Notes: a model not told the origin generated them from the sequence alone. Positions 46,028 to 55,722 are shown, counted from the first letter of the stretch. The stretch is DNA of 64,000 bases from an uncultured Elusimicrobia bacterium (GCA_964510095.1 CAZEAE010000003.1:12462-76461); one strand, 5' to 3'. Made by a program: numbers and translations.

Positions 46028-47494
46028 ATGCCCGCCAAGACCCTCGAAGCCCCGCTCGACGCCCGCCTTTGGATCGGCGGCAAGAAGCATAAGAGCAGCA
46101 CCGGCAAGACCTTTCCCGTGAAGAACCCGGCCAATGGGGACATCATCGCCCAGGTGGCAGAAGGCGGCGCCGAGGACGTGGACCTGGCCTGCCAAGCCGC
46201 CGCCAAGGCCGCCCAGGGCCCGTGGGGCAGGATCTCCGCGCGCCAACGGGCGCGCATCCTCTTCGACTGCGCGCGCAAGCTGCGCGACGCCCAGGAGGAG
46301 CTGGCCCAGCTCGAGACCCGCAACACGGGCAAGACCCTGGCCGACTCTCGCGACGAGGCCCAAGGCGTGGCCGACACCTTCGAGTACTATGCCGGCGCCG
46401 TGTCGAAGTTCTTCGGCGAGACCATCCCGGTGGGCGCGGCGGGCCTGGATTTCACGCTCAAGCAGCCGGTGGGCGTCTGCGCTTTGATCGTGCCGTGGAA
46501 TTATCCGATGATGATCACCGCCTGGAAGCTGGCCCCGGCTCTGGCCTGCGGCAACACGGTCGTCATCAAGCCGGCCAGCTGGACGCCGCTCTCCGCCCTG
46601 CGCTTGGCCGAGCTCTGCGCCGAGGCCGGTGTGCCGGAGGGGGTCATCAACGTGATCACCGGTCCGGGCGGGGTCGTCGGCGAGGCCTTGGCCGGACATC
46701 CTCTGGTGCGCAAGATCTCCTTCACCGGCGAGACCTCGACCGGCGCGCGGATCACCAAGGCCGCGGCCGATTCGATCAAGCGCGTCTCCCTCGAGCTGGG
46801 CGGAAAATCGGCCAACGTCGTCTTCGACGACGCCGATCTCGACCTTTGCGTGGAGAAGTCGATCTGGTCGGTCTTCTCGAACACCGGGCAGGACTGCTGC
46901 GCGCGCTCGCGCGCGATCGTGCACCATAAGATCTACGACAGGTTCGTCGAGCGCGTCGTGGCGCGGACCAAGAAGATCGTGGTCGGCGACCCCCTGAAGA
47001 AGGGCACGGAGATGGGCCCGATGATCTCGCTCAAGCAGCGCGACGGCGTGGCCGGCTACGTCGAGCTCGGCAAGAAGGAAGGCGCGCAGGTGGCTTACTG
47101 GGGCGGCGTGCCCAAGGACGGGGAGCTGGCCAAGGGCGCCTACATCACGCCGGCGGTGCTGGCGGGCGCGAAGCCCGCGATGCGCGTCGTGCAGGAAGAG
47201 ATCTTCGGGCCGGTCCTTTGCGTGCTGCCCTTCAAGACGGAAGAAGAAGCGGTCACGCTGGCCAACGACTCCCCTTACGGGCTGTCGGGAAGCCTGTGGA
47301 CGCGCGACATCGGCCGCGCGCTGCGCGTGGCGAAGGCGATCCAGACGGGGAACCTGAGCATCAACTCGAGCTCGAGCGTGCACATCGAGGCTCCCTTCGG
47401 GGGCTTCAAGACCTCGGGCCTGGGCCGCGAGCTCGGCATGAAGGCGATGGACCTCTACAGCGAGGTCAAGAACGTCTTCATCTCCGAGCTGTAG
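46028..47494 (+). CDS. NAD(P)-dependent aldehyde dehydrogenase
   Basis: ELGGKSANVV and catalytic Cys in FSNTGQDCCA, 488 aa. Confidence 0.9.
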   Translation: MPAKTLEAPLDARLWIGGKKHKSSTGKTFPVKNPANGDIIAQVAEGGAEDVDLACQAAAKAAQGPWGRISARQRARILFDCARKLRDAQEELAQLETRNTGKTLADSRDEAQGVADTFEYYAGAVSKFFGETIPVGAAGLDFTLKQPVGVCALIVPWNYPMMITAWKLAPALACGNTVVIKPASWTPLSALRLAELCAEAGVPEGVINVITGPGGVVGEALAGHPLVRKISFTGETSTGARITKAAADSIKRVSLELGGKSANVVFDDADLDLCVEKSIWSVFSNTGQDCCARSRAIVHHKIYDRFVERVVARTKKIVVGDPLKKGTEMGPMISLKQRDGVAGYVELGKKEGAQVAYWGGVPKDGELAKGAYITPAVLAGAKPAMRVVQEEIFGPVLCVLPFKTEEEAVTLANDSPYGLSGSLWTRDIGRALRVAKAIQTGNLSINSSSSVHIEAPFGGFKTSGLGRELGMKAMDLYSEVKNVFISEL

Positions 47495-47495
47495 T

Positions 47496-48554
47496 TCAGA
47501 GCGCCCGCCGGACGTTGACCGCCGCCATTTCGCACTGGTCGGCGTTGGGGAAGTCCTTGGCTTGGCGGAAGAGATAAGCCGCCTTATCGAAGCGCTCCGC
47601 GGCTTCCGCGTAGCGGAGGGTTTTCTCCGAGATCTGGGCTAAGCCCTGCCAGGCCAGCGCCTGACCTTCGGCGCTGCCATGACGCTCGAAGATGTCGAGG
47701 GTGATCTTTTGGATCTTCTCCGCCTCGCCGTACTGCTGGCGGAGGACGGCCGTCTTGGCGACGGACTGACCGACCCGGGCGTAATCGAGCTCCAGGCGCC
47801 AGGCGTCGCCGGGGGCCTTGGGCGCGGCGGCGACGATCGCCGCGTAATAGAGCCGCGCCGCCGCTTCTTGTTCCGATTCAGCTTCCTGCGGACGTCCCAG
47901 CGCCTCGGCGGCCAGGGCACGCTGTTCCCGCTTGCGGGCCTCGCGTTCGAGGTCCCGGTCGATGCGCAGCGCCCCAGCCGGCGCCGGGGGCGCTTCAGCG
48001 CGCTCTTCCCGGTCCGCCGCCGCAGCCGGCACAGGCCGGGCCTGGGCGGGCAGTTCCTGAGGGCGTAGGGGGGGCGCTTCGGCGCTCGGGCGCGCGGAGG
48101 TCAGACGGTGGGCCAGCCAGCCCGCCGCCGTCAGGCAGACGACCAGCATCACGGCGCGGCTTGCCGAAACCGGGGCCGCCGGCGGCGCGGCGACCGGGGA
48201 AGACGCCGCCGAGAGAGAGGCCTTTCGCTCGAGGAAGCCTCTCAGGCCATGGAGGTCGGAGCGCTCGAACCATGTTCCCTGGCAGGCCAGGCAGACATCG
48301 AGCTCGAGCTTCGCCTCGGCCAGGCGCGCGCGGGACATGCTCTTGAGGCACCGAGGGCAGCGGATCTCGGTCGGGACGAGCGCCTGGCCGGCGCGCCCCA
48401 GCTCGTCCTTGAGCGCCGTGGAGCTGGGAACGAGGCGGTAGAGTTCCCCGGCGTCGAGCCAGGCGCCGCCGCAGGCTGCGCAGAGGTCGACGACCAGGCC
48501 GTCGGACGGCTCCTTCTGCTCGAGAGGCGCACCGGGGCAAGCGGGGCAGTCCAT
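47496..48554 (-). CDS. membrane protein with two N-terminal zf-TFIIB-type zinc ribbons and a C-terminal helical (TPR-like) domain
   Basis: CPACPGAPL...VDLCAACGGAWLDAGEL and CPRCLKSM...LDVCLACQGTWFERSDL; single TM; Ala/Pro-rich linker. Confidence 0.5.
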   Translation of the reverse strand: MDCPACPGAPLEQKEPSDGLVVDLCAACGGAWLDAGELYRLVPSSTALKDELGRAGQALVPTEIRCPRCLKSMSRARLAEAKLELDVCLACQGTWFERSDLHGLRGFLERKASLSAASSPVAAPPAAPVSASRAVMLVVCLTAAGWLAHRLTSARPSAEAPPLRPQELPAQARPVPAAAADREERAEAPPAPAGALRIDRDLEREARKREQRALAAEALGRPQEAESEQEAAARLYYAAIVAAAPKAPGDAWRLELDYARVGQSVAKTAVLRQQYGEAEKIQKITLDIFERHGSAEGQALAWQGLAQISEKTLRYAEAAERFDKAAYLFRQAKDFPNADQCEMAAVNVRRAL

Positions 48555-48585
48555 GGCGTAAGGTTAGCAGGCCGCCGCGGCCGCG

Positions 48586-49185
48586 TCAAGGACGCGGCAA
48601 GACGCGTCGGACCGGCCGGCCGCTCTGGGCGCTGAGCTGGAGCGCGCTCAGGTCGCCGCGCTTGACCTGCCAGAGCGCTCCGTCCTGGCCGGTGACCACG
48701 AGCTGGAACTCCGCGTCCGGGGTGTCCGGGCGCAGGTAGCCCGTCGAGACGGCGACCGCGTAGGCTTTGCCGGTGTCGATCAAGCGCATGGCGGGCAGGC
48801 AGGGCTCCGTGGGCGGTGTTTCTAATTGCTGCCAATCCGGCTTCTCGTACTCGAACTCTCCGCGGGGGTCGGGCGGAGCCCAAGGGTAGCGATTCTGGGC
48901 ATACTCGGCTTTCAGCGTCTGCTCCGGCCACGAGGGAGAACGGAAATAGAAGTGGAAGACGTCCATGAAGTGCGGCTGCTTCGGGTCTTCGTAGTTGTGC
49001 ACCGTATGGTTGGCGAAGACCTGGACGCCGGTCAGGCAGCTGCCCTTGCCCCAGCGCAGTACGGCCTGGGTGCTGAGCTGCGCCCTGAGCTTCTCGCTGC
49101 CCCGGGCCGGCGCGGTTCTTTTCGGCCAGGGCTCGGCGAATGCGCCTAGCGCGGCCGACAGAACCATCGCCGCAAGCATCGTCAT
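48586..49185 (-). CDS. hypothetical secreted protein
   Basis: start at MTMLAAMVLSAALGAFA overlapping tatD stop; Trp/Pro-rich, no motifs. Confidence 0.35.
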   Translation of the reverse strand: MTMLAAMVLSAALGAFAEPWPKRTAPARGSEKLRAQLSTQAVLRWGKGSCLTGVQVFANHTVHNYEDPKQPHFMDVFHFYFRSPSWPEQTLKAEYAQNRYPWAPPDPRGEFEYEKPDWQQLETPPTEPCLPAMRLIDTGKAYAVAVSTGYLRPDTPDAEFQLVVTGQDGALWQVKRGDLSALQLSAQSGRPVRRVLPRP

Positions 49186-49970
49186 GGCAGCCGGTAGAGG
49201 GCGCGCGCGTTCTCGGTCGTGCGCCGCGCGACCTCGTCGATCCCGACGCCGAAGACCTGGGCCAGGCGCTGGGCGATCTCGAGCACGGCGGAGGGCTCGT
49301 TGCGTTTGCCGCGCGAGCTCTGGGGCGGCAGATAAGGGCAATCGGTCTCCAGCACCGTCACGCCCAAGCCCGCGCCGAGGAAGGCCTGGCGCAGCGGCTC
49401 GTTCTTCGGATACGTCACCGGCCCGTCGGCGCCGAGGGCGAAGCCGAGCGCCGCGCAGGCGAGCGCCTCTTCAGGCGTGCCCGAGAAGCAGTGCACCACG
49501 CCCCAGAAGCGGTGGTCCTCGGGCGGCGCGGGGTAGACCTTCCTGAGCAGCGGCACTAGGTCCTCATAGGCCCCCCGGCAATGGACGACGACGGGCTTGT
49601 CCCAGCCGCGGCAGGCCGAAAGGAGACGCTCGAAGGCGGCCAGCTGGACCGCCTTGGGCGCCTGCGCCTTGACGTAGTCGAGGCCGATCTCGCCTACGGC
49701 CACGACCTCGGGCAGCTTCACCTTGGCCTCCAAGGCGACCAGCAGTTCCTCTGAAAAACGGTCGGCGTAGTAAGGGTGCAGGCCCAAGGAGCAGCGGACC
49801 TGCTGCGGGCGGGCCCGGCTCAAGGCGAGGGCGGCTTCCCAATCGTCGGGAGAGTCTGCGATCTCGACGACGGTGCCCACTCCTTTAAGAGCGGCGCGCT
49901 CCAGCACTTCGGCGCGGTCGCCGGCGAACTGCGCGTCGCCCAGGTGGACGTGGGTGTCGAAGAGCTTCAT
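49182..49970 (-). CDS. tatD: TatD-family metal-dependent hydrolase/DNase
   Basis: start at MKLFDTHVHLGD (classic TatD N-terminus), 262 aa. Confidence 0.85.
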   Translation of the reverse strand: MKLFDTHVHLGDAQFAGDRAEVLERAALKGVGTVVEIADSPDDWEAALALSRARPQQVRCSLGLHPYYADRFSEELLVALEAKVKLPEVVAVGEIGLDYVKAQAPKAVQLAAFERLLSACRGWDKPVVVHCRGAYEDLVPLLRKVYPAPPEDHRFWGVVHCFSGTPEEALACAALGFALGADGPVTYPKNEPLRQAFLGAGLGVTVLETDCPYLPPQSSRGKRNEPSAVLEIAQRLAQVFGVGIDEVARRTTENARALYRLP

Positions 49971-51592
49971 CAGCGCGGGGCGCCCAGGCGGGCGTAGTGC
50001 GCCAGCACCAGCGGGTCCTTCTCGGAGGCGAGGTAGTCGGCGCGGGCCTTGGCGGCTTTGGGGTCGTCTTTGTAGTAATGGTCCAGGACCATGACCTTGG
50101 CCAGGAAGCGCACGGCCGGATGCGGGTCGCGCAAGGCTTTGACGACGAAGGGGAAGGTCTCCGCCGGCTCGATGTCGGCGAAAAGGTTCAAGGCGCGCGC
50201 GCGGACCAGCGGCTTCTCCGAGCTGAGCCACTCTTCGCGCCGCACGGCGATGGCGTCAGGGGCCTGCTTGGCGATCTGGTAAAGGGCGTAGTCGGCGTTG
50301 CGCCGGACGATGTCGGCATCATCGTCGAGCAGGTCGGCCAAGGTGTCCACCCAGCGCGCGTCTTTGGCTTGAGCCGCCCGCGCGCAGGCTTCCGCGCGCA
50401 GGGAGGCGTCCTCCGCGGTCAGGAAGCGGCCGAGGTTGTCGATCCCGGCGTAGCGCAGCAGCGTCTCGCGGCGGCTGTCCAGGGTCTCGCGGATCCGCTT
50501 CTCCGCCGGCGCGCCGTCGTCGTAGCGGGGGTTCTGGCGGTAGAGGGCAAGGTAGTAAGGCAGCGCGCCTTCACGGTCGGCGCGCTGTTTGTAATAGAGC
50601 TGGGCCAGCTTGGAGGCGCTGTACAGGTCGTCCGGGTTGGCTTCCCATGCCGCGGTGAACAGGGATATCGCTTTCTCGGGCTGGCGGTCGAAGAGCGCCA
50701 AGGCGCCTTCGACCGCGTCGGCTCCGCCGTGGCGGGCGCGCTTGGAGCGCAGCTCCATGACCATGGCTCGCACGCCGTCGACGTCGCCGCGGCCCCAGAC
50801 CGCCATCGCCAAGGTCGAAAAATAAGACGGCTCGTCGAGGGAGCGGCCGGCCAGCGCCTGGAGCGTCTCGCGCGCCAGGCGGGAGGTCTCGCCGCCCTCC
50901 CCGGTCTCCTTGCGCGAGGCCAGCCGGCCCAGCTCTTCAAGCGCCTTGCGGCCTTGGAAGGACCGGGGGTTCTCGGCGGCGAGCTTGCCGTCGTAAGCGA
51001 CGGCGGCCGCGGCGTCGCCGGCGGCCCAGGCTAGCTCGACGCGGTAGGACAACAGGCCGGGATCGGAGGGGTGGGCGGCAAGCCCGGCCTCGACCAGGCG
51101 GAGGGCTTCCTTCGGGTCGCGCCTGGCGGATGCGATATGGGCGAGATAATCCGTGGTCGCGGCATGGTCCGGCTCTTGCGACAAGCGCGCCTTGAGGCGA
51201 GCCTCGTTGGCCGGAGACGGATCGAATTCCTCTGAGCCCAGGAAGTGCTCGCCGCGATAGAGCACGGTGAGCGCATGCGCCCGCTCGAAGGCGGCCTCCC
51301 CGAAGAAGGAGCGCGCGGCGAAGAGCACGTAGAAAGAATCGATGGGGCGCCCGGCGTCGTAGAGTGCTTCGGCCAGGCGCATGTGGGCTCCGGGCTCGAG
51401 CAGCTTTTCGCGGAAGGCCTTGCGGGCCGCGGTCAGGTCCGCGCCGGCTTGCAAGCCACGCTCCTTGCCGGATATGGCCTGAGGCGCGGCCGAAAGCCAG
51501 TCGCGGATCCAGGAAGCGTAAAAGAGGAAGGTCCCGGCGATGAGGATCAGCGCCAAGATGATGGTCAGGTTGGCGTGCTTAGGCTCCTTCAT
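49970..51592 (-). CDS. membrane-anchored TPR/HEAT-repeat protein
   Basis: N-terminal TM, multiple TPR-like helical repeats, C-terminal HEAT/PBS-lyase-like repeats (DPHPAVRFLAKV). Confidence 0.5.
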   Translation of the reverse strand: MKEPKHANLTIILALILIAGTFLFYASWIRDWLSAAPQAISGKERGLQAGADLTAARKAFREKLLEPGAHMRLAEALYDAGRPIDSFYVLFAARSFFGEAAFERAHALTVLYRGEHFLGSEEFDPSPANEARLKARLSQEPDHAATTDYLAHIASARRDPKEALRLVEAGLAAHPSDPGLLSYRVELAWAAGDAAAAVAYDGKLAAENPRSFQGRKALEELGRLASRKETGEGGETSRLARETLQALAGRSLDEPSYFSTLAMAVWGRGDVDGVRAMVMELRSKRARHGGADAVEGALALFDRQPEKAISLFTAAWEANPDDLYSASKLAQLYYKQRADREGALPYYLALYRQNPRYDDGAPAEKRIRETLDSRRETLLRYAGIDNLGRFLTAEDASLRAEACARAAQAKDARWVDTLADLLDDDADIVRRNADYALYQIAKQAPDAIAVRREEWLSSEKPLVRARALNLFADIEPAETFPFVVKALRDPHPAVRFLAKVMVLDHYYKDDPKAAKARADYLASEKDPLVLAHYARLGAPR

Positions 51593-51595
51593 GTC

Positions 51596-51641
51596 TTAGT
51601 ATATAAAAGAGCCCTGCCCTCCGCGCGCGCGGAGGGCAGGG
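51596..51641 (-). terminator. intrinsic terminator candidate: perfect 14-bp GC-rich inverted repeat followed (minus strand) by CTCTTTTAT
   Basis: ccctgccctccgcg-cg-cgcggagggcaggg at 51612..51641, T-tract on minus strand 51606..51609; lies just downstream of the 94-aa basic-protein gene. Confidence 0.5.
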
Positions 51642-51668
51642 TGGTCCGTGCCGGGCTTTTAAAGAAAG

Positions 51669-51953
51669 CTACTTCGAGGCGTACTTCCAGGTCTTGTCGT
51701 CCTGCGACTTGGCAACGATTTTTTCTTCGACGGCGACCCACCGGTCGTCTCCGTCCGGGGCGGCGGTCATGCGCAGCCAGGACTGCTCGCTTTTATGCGA
51801 CTGGGCGGCCTGGTTCTCTAGGACGACGACTTCATCGGGGGAAATGTGGTTGGTCGCGAGCTTCTTCGCCGCGATCTTCTTCTTGGCCGTCCGACGGACC
51901 GCGGGGGCCGCGGCCTTCTTGCGTACGACGCGTTTTTTCAGCTGAGTCGCCAT
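51669..51953 (-). CDS. Lys/Ala-rich histone H1-like basic protein with small C-terminal domain
   Basis: N-terminal KKRVVRKKAAAPAVRRTAKKKIAAKK low-complexity basic tail; C-terminal 50 aa Trp-containing domain. Confidence 0.4.
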   Translation of the reverse strand: MATQLKKRVVRKKAAAPAVRRTAKKKIAAKKLATNHISPDEVVVLENQAAQSHKSEQSWLRMTAAPDGDDRWVAVEEKIVAKSQDDKTWKYASK

Positions 51954-52033
51954 TAAATGAACCTCCCTGTTGGGTAGTGCGTGCAGGGTCTAAGTGTAGC
52001 CCCGGTTCCCCGTATTTGCAAGGGGGCGGCGAG

Positions 52034-52789
52034 TTAATTCTCGGAGTGCGGCTCGCGCAGGCTGGTGAGGATATCGCGGTAGATCTCGTCTTCTTGGCCG
52101 GCGGTGAAGTGGTACAGGTGCGTTCCTCCCAGCAGATACGCGTAGACGCCGGGGTCGGGCAGCTCGACGGTCACTTGGATGCCGCGCAAGGACGAGACCT
52201 GGAGGTTCTTCAGCAGGAACTTGTCCCCGCGCTGGGTCAGGCGCGAGGTGACGGTGCGGCCCAGCATCTCGGCGCCGTTGAGGTTTCCGGCCAAGGAGTT
52301 GCGTTCGACCTCCAAGCGCACGATGCCCAGCTGGCCGAAGAGGCCTTCATTGAGGAAGTTCGTCGGGTCCGTGCCGGTCTTGCAGAAGTGGACGATCTCG
52401 ATGGTCTTTGAGCGGTCTTTGAAGCCCGCGACGGCGGAGTAGTCCTTGGGCAGATGGACGACGTACCCCGTCGCGCCGACGAAGGCGGAATCGCTGCCGG
52501 AAGGAGTTGCCGCGGCCGGGGCTGTCTCGGGTCTTTCTCCGAGGGCGACGAAGGCGGCCACGCCTGCGATGAGCGCGATGCCGGCGACCAGGAAGACCGC
52601 TGCGGCCTTTCCTTTGGGCTTGGCGCGCGCGGCGGCGGCTCCCGGCGCCGGGCCGCGCAAGGCGGCTTTGAGGGCTTCGTCGAAATCGGCCTCGGAGATG
52701 CCTTCCGAGGACAGCTGGCTGCGCAGCTGCTCGATGGGGTGGTTCTTCAGGTTGGCCTGAAGATAGGCGACGACGTCGGGTTCGACCAT
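52034..52789 (-). CDS. hypothetical membrane-anchored protein
   Basis: single central TM after Ala-rich basic segment; no motifs. Confidence 0.35.
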   Translation of the reverse strand: MVEPDVVAYLQANLKNHPIEQLRSQLSSEGISEADFDEALKAALRGPAPGAAAARAKPKGKAAAVFLVAGIALIAGVAAFVALGERPETAPAAATPSGSDSAFVGATGYVVHLPKDYSAVAGFKDRSKTIEIVHFCKTGTDPTNFLNEGLFGQLGIVRLEVERNSLAGNLNGAEMLGRTVTSRLTQRGDKFLLKNLQVSSLRGIQVTVELPDPGVYAYLLGGTHLYHFTAGQEDEIYRDILTSLREPHSEN

Positions 52790-52854
52790 GGTATGCGGGC
52801 CTTATTACTATACCCCTAAATGCCGCTCTTGGCCAGGGGCGGAGTGGAAAAATC

Positions 52855-52928
52855 TGCGCCCGGCTGGACTTGAACCAGCGACCCTTCGGTTATGAGCCGA
52901 GTGCTCTGACCAACTGAGCTACGGGCGC
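52855..52928 (-). tRNA. tRNA-Met (anticodon CAU; elongator-type or tRNA-Ile2 lysidine substrate), no encoded CCA
   Basis: reverse complement folds as cloverleaf: acceptor GCGCCCG/CGGGCGC, D-arm GCTC-AGTTGGTCA-GAGC, anticodon loop CTCATAA, T-arm GCTGG-TTCAAGT-CCAGC; anticodon-stem pair 29-41 is C-G so not the initiator. Confidence 0.85.
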
Positions 52929-52930
52929 GT
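52889..52930. repeat. 42-bp direct repeat copy 1 (tRNA-Met positions 1-39 plus 2 flanking nt)
   Basis: gttatgagccgagtgctctgaccaactgagctacgggcgcgt identical to 55948..55989. Confidence 0.85.
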
Positions 52931-53678
52931 CCTTGTATTTTACAGAGTTTTTCCCCGTCGCGGGGCGGCTTGTGGGCGCCGTCTGTGGCCAAACTGTGGC
53001 CAAGAAGGTCATGCGTGTCATCTGGGGGCCGCGACCGACTGAGGAACAAGGACATTTACTTTCGGGGCTGTCATTGGGTCCATTAGGTATCTCCCGCCGA
53101 CGGGGATGAATTCCCTCACGACGAGTCTTCGGGCGGCCTCCTCGCTGATGCGACCGCGACTTGAGGGAAGAAAGGACGATTAGAAACCCGGTCTTTCGTG
53201 CAATTTGGGCGCCTGGCCATTACCAACAACCAGCTTCATGAGTGTAAGACACATGGCACCGCGCACCCCGTCCGCTACCCGCTCCTGGTCATGGGGGCAT
53301 TCGAACACGGTGCGGAGAATAGGATGTAACCCAGCGTGAATCACCAGTGGTATTGCGCCGCAATGACGTGGACACTCTGTTACTCCGTCGCCGTGTATGC
53401 ACATGGCTACGCCCAAATAGCTTGACCAGGGTTTGAGCTACCAGAAGACCAGCATCTTGCTTGGCCTGGTTAAACGAACGTCCTGCCCTCAGGCGTTGCA
53501 GGCGAGCCTCACGGATAGTCCTTAGAACGAACAGAGTCACATCCTCGCCCGCAGGCCGTCTTGCAAAGTATGCGTTGATTGCTCTGCGGATCACGGGTAT
53601 AAGTGGCGCGAGATACCGTGTTCGACGTCGCGCCTTGTCTGTATCGGATGGAAACTCATCCTGTCGCACCCATACCAT
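52931..53678 (-). pseudogene. tyrosine recombinase (phage-type integrase) remnant with frameshifts
   Basis: three minus-strand frame fragments in collinear order: DVTLFVLRTIREARLQRL...QAKQDAGL (53289..53678), TECPRHCGAIPLVIHAGLHPIL (53180..53416, resembles HxLRHTfA block), DLLGHSLATDG (52816..53055, resembles LLGHssi.tT block) running into the tRNA; catalytic Tyr not found. Confidence 0.35.
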
Positions 53679-53727
53679 GATACCCCCTAGACTTCTTTCG
53701 CCAAGGTCCCCCTACATGCCACGGCTC

Positions 53728-55722
53728 TCACCGAAGTCGCGTTCCCTGTATCTTGCCGCCTGCTGGTAAAAGCTGCGGCGTCTGATCCCGGTTGTGCAGC
53801 CGTGCCGCGTCCTGGACTTTTGGGGTCAGGTAGTCGTAGAGGGATTGCACCGTCACATGGCCGGAATCGTTCTTCGCCTCGCCACCCAGCCCCTTAAGCA
53901 GGTAATAGGTGAACGCCCCATGCCCCTGATTTTCAATCGTGCCGGAGATTTCGTTCTTGTCGGATGCCGTAAGCGCGATCACGTTGCCCGGCAGGACCCC
54001 TAGGTCAATCTGGCTGACAAGGGGCCGTGTTCCATTGGCCAGAACAGAGCGTCCGCCAGCCCCGGAGAAGCAGGAATCGAGGGCCACAATCACATGGCGG
54101 GCCTTGAGACTGCCGAGTTTTGCGTATAGTTGCTTGATGGGGTAAGCGGTACTATCGAGGTCTTCGGCGTCACCATCCACAGGAACAAGGTAGGCCTGGT
54201 TGGTCCGAGGATCGGGCGCCCCATGTCCCGAGTAGTAGAAGAAAACAGTCGACTTGTTGCTGACGCGCTTCGGCAACCAGGTGTTGAGGGCCTGGTCGAT
54301 CTTGGCTCTGGTGGCTTGTTGGCCGCCTAGAAAATAGATGTTTCGCGGTGGGTAGCCGAGTGCTGTCAGATGCGCGCGGACGGCGGCGGCATCTCGCTCG
54401 GCAAAATCTGCGGCGGGGAGGCCCACATATTTTTCGATGCCGATGATGACCGCGAAAGCATTGGGATTCTCCTTTGCTGAATATTCAGGCTTATCGACGT
54501 CGGAAACAATGGGTTTGATTGCATCTTTAGTGGCGGGGTTTTCATACTTCATCGACGCCTCAGGCGAAGCGGGCACTTGTAGGTCTGTCGCCATTTTACC
54601 CACGTCCACCTGCGCCAGCGTGTTGGACGTTTCACCCGAGACGGCGATTGCTGCCATTGATTTGCCAGCCACGATCAGCTCTGCTGATACAACCGAAAGT
54701 GATCCGTTTGTCGCGAGGAACTGGATAATTGGCTGCGCTTTGGTGAGCTTCCGGTCAAAAGCGTTTGCTTCCGAGCTTGGGATGGCGTCCTTCAATTTGA
54801 GCTTGATCGCAAATCCGCCAGACTTTTCTCCTGTGGGGAGGATGTCGACAAAAAAACTCTGGGAATCCGAATCGTAATCGGTCTTGCCCACTTTTGGGTT
54901 CTCAAATACCGAGGTGAAGGCCGCTTCCATGATTTCAGAGTTGGGCGCTGAGTTCAACCTGTCATTGTAGCTTCGCACTGCATCTTTATAAGTTTTCTCT
55001 GCCTGGTTCACACGCGCGGCAAAGTCAGATTTTCCCTCATACTTTCCTTGATTCAACACTGGTGATACTGGCTTTGGGCCAGCATAATCCAGGATGATCT
55101 CGGGTACTCGGTAGGCCACGAGATCAAGGCCAGACTTGTGCAGCGTCCATGCGATACCGTCACGTGAACCGACGCAGGTGTAATCTCCAACGCTATTATC
55201 AAACTCCTTTTCAAACTGGCCTATCGTGTTGCTCCAGTTACGGGGCGTGTCGAACGATTTCCCATCTGAAGAAGGCACAGCATACAGCCAGCCATAGTCT
55301 CCAATCACGATTTTATACTGGCCATCGGGAGTGAGCAGGGCATCCATGTTTGGATAGACGTTTGGTTCGGTAAATGTGTATGGCATGAAAATGGCCGACT
55401 CGCTGTCTCGTCCATGTCGTCTGTTTTTCTTCAAGAGTTTCTTAACGAGCGGTGATTCTTGGTGACGACCCCAGGTGAACTGAGAGGATGTGGTAGGTTC
55501 CTGCTTCGCGCCCGCCGATTTCTCGGCAACTGGAGAGCACCAGACATCGTTGGATAGGCAGAGAATCGCCGTCACCGGCGCGACCAGCAACGCCAGCAGA
55601 CCGGCCAGCAGGGGCTTTTTCACAAGGCCAGTATAAGCCCGCTGTCGAGGGCCGTCAAGAGCGCATCTGCGTCTGCCTGACTCTCTGGGTTGGCCGGGGC
55701 TCTGCCTCCGCGCATTCATCAC
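53728..55722 (-). CDS. secreted caspase-family (peptidase C14, orthocaspase-like) protein with ~400-aa unknown N-terminal region
   Basis: C-terminal FAVIIGIEKY...VFFYYSGHG (catalytic His)...HVIVALDSCFSG (catalytic Cys); N-terminal signal-like KKPLLAGLLALLVAPVTA; alternative GTG start at 55623; lower GC than flanks. Confidence 0.75.
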   Translation of the reverse strand: MMNARRQSPGQPRESGRRRCALDGPRQRAYTGLVKKPLLAGLLALLVAPVTAILCLSNDVWCSPVAEKSAGAKQEPTTSSQFTWGRHQESPLVKKLLKKNRRHGRDSESAIFMPYTFTEPNVYPNMDALLTPDGQYKIVIGDYGWLYAVPSSDGKSFDTPRNWSNTIGQFEKEFDNSVGDYTCVGSRDGIAWTLHKSGLDLVAYRVPEIILDYAGPKPVSPVLNQGKYEGKSDFAARVNQAEKTYKDAVRSYNDRLNSAPNSEIMEAAFTSVFENPKVGKTDYDSDSQSFFVDILPTGEKSGGFAIKLKLKDAIPSSEANAFDRKLTKAQPIIQFLATNGSLSVVSAELIVAGKSMAAIAVSGETSNTLAQVDVGKMATDLQVPASPEASMKYENPATKDAIKPIVSDVDKPEYSAKENPNAFAVIIGIEKYVGLPAADFAERDAAAVRAHLTALGYPPRNIYFLGGQQATRAKIDQALNTWLPKRVSNKSTVFFYYSGHGAPDPRTNQAYLVPVDGDAEDLDSTAYPIKQLYAKLGSLKARHVIVALDSCFSGAGGRSVLANGTRPLVSQIDLGVLPGNVIALTASDKNEISGTIENQGHGAFTYYLLKGLGGEAKNDSGHVTVQSLYDYLTPKVQDAARLHNRDQTPQLLPAGGKIQGTRLR

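Noticed and set aside
52816-53055. 79-aa ORF spanning the tRNA gene
   Set aside because: It reads through the tRNA. I interpret it as the frameshifted C-terminal fragment of the integrase pseudogene, not an independent CDS.
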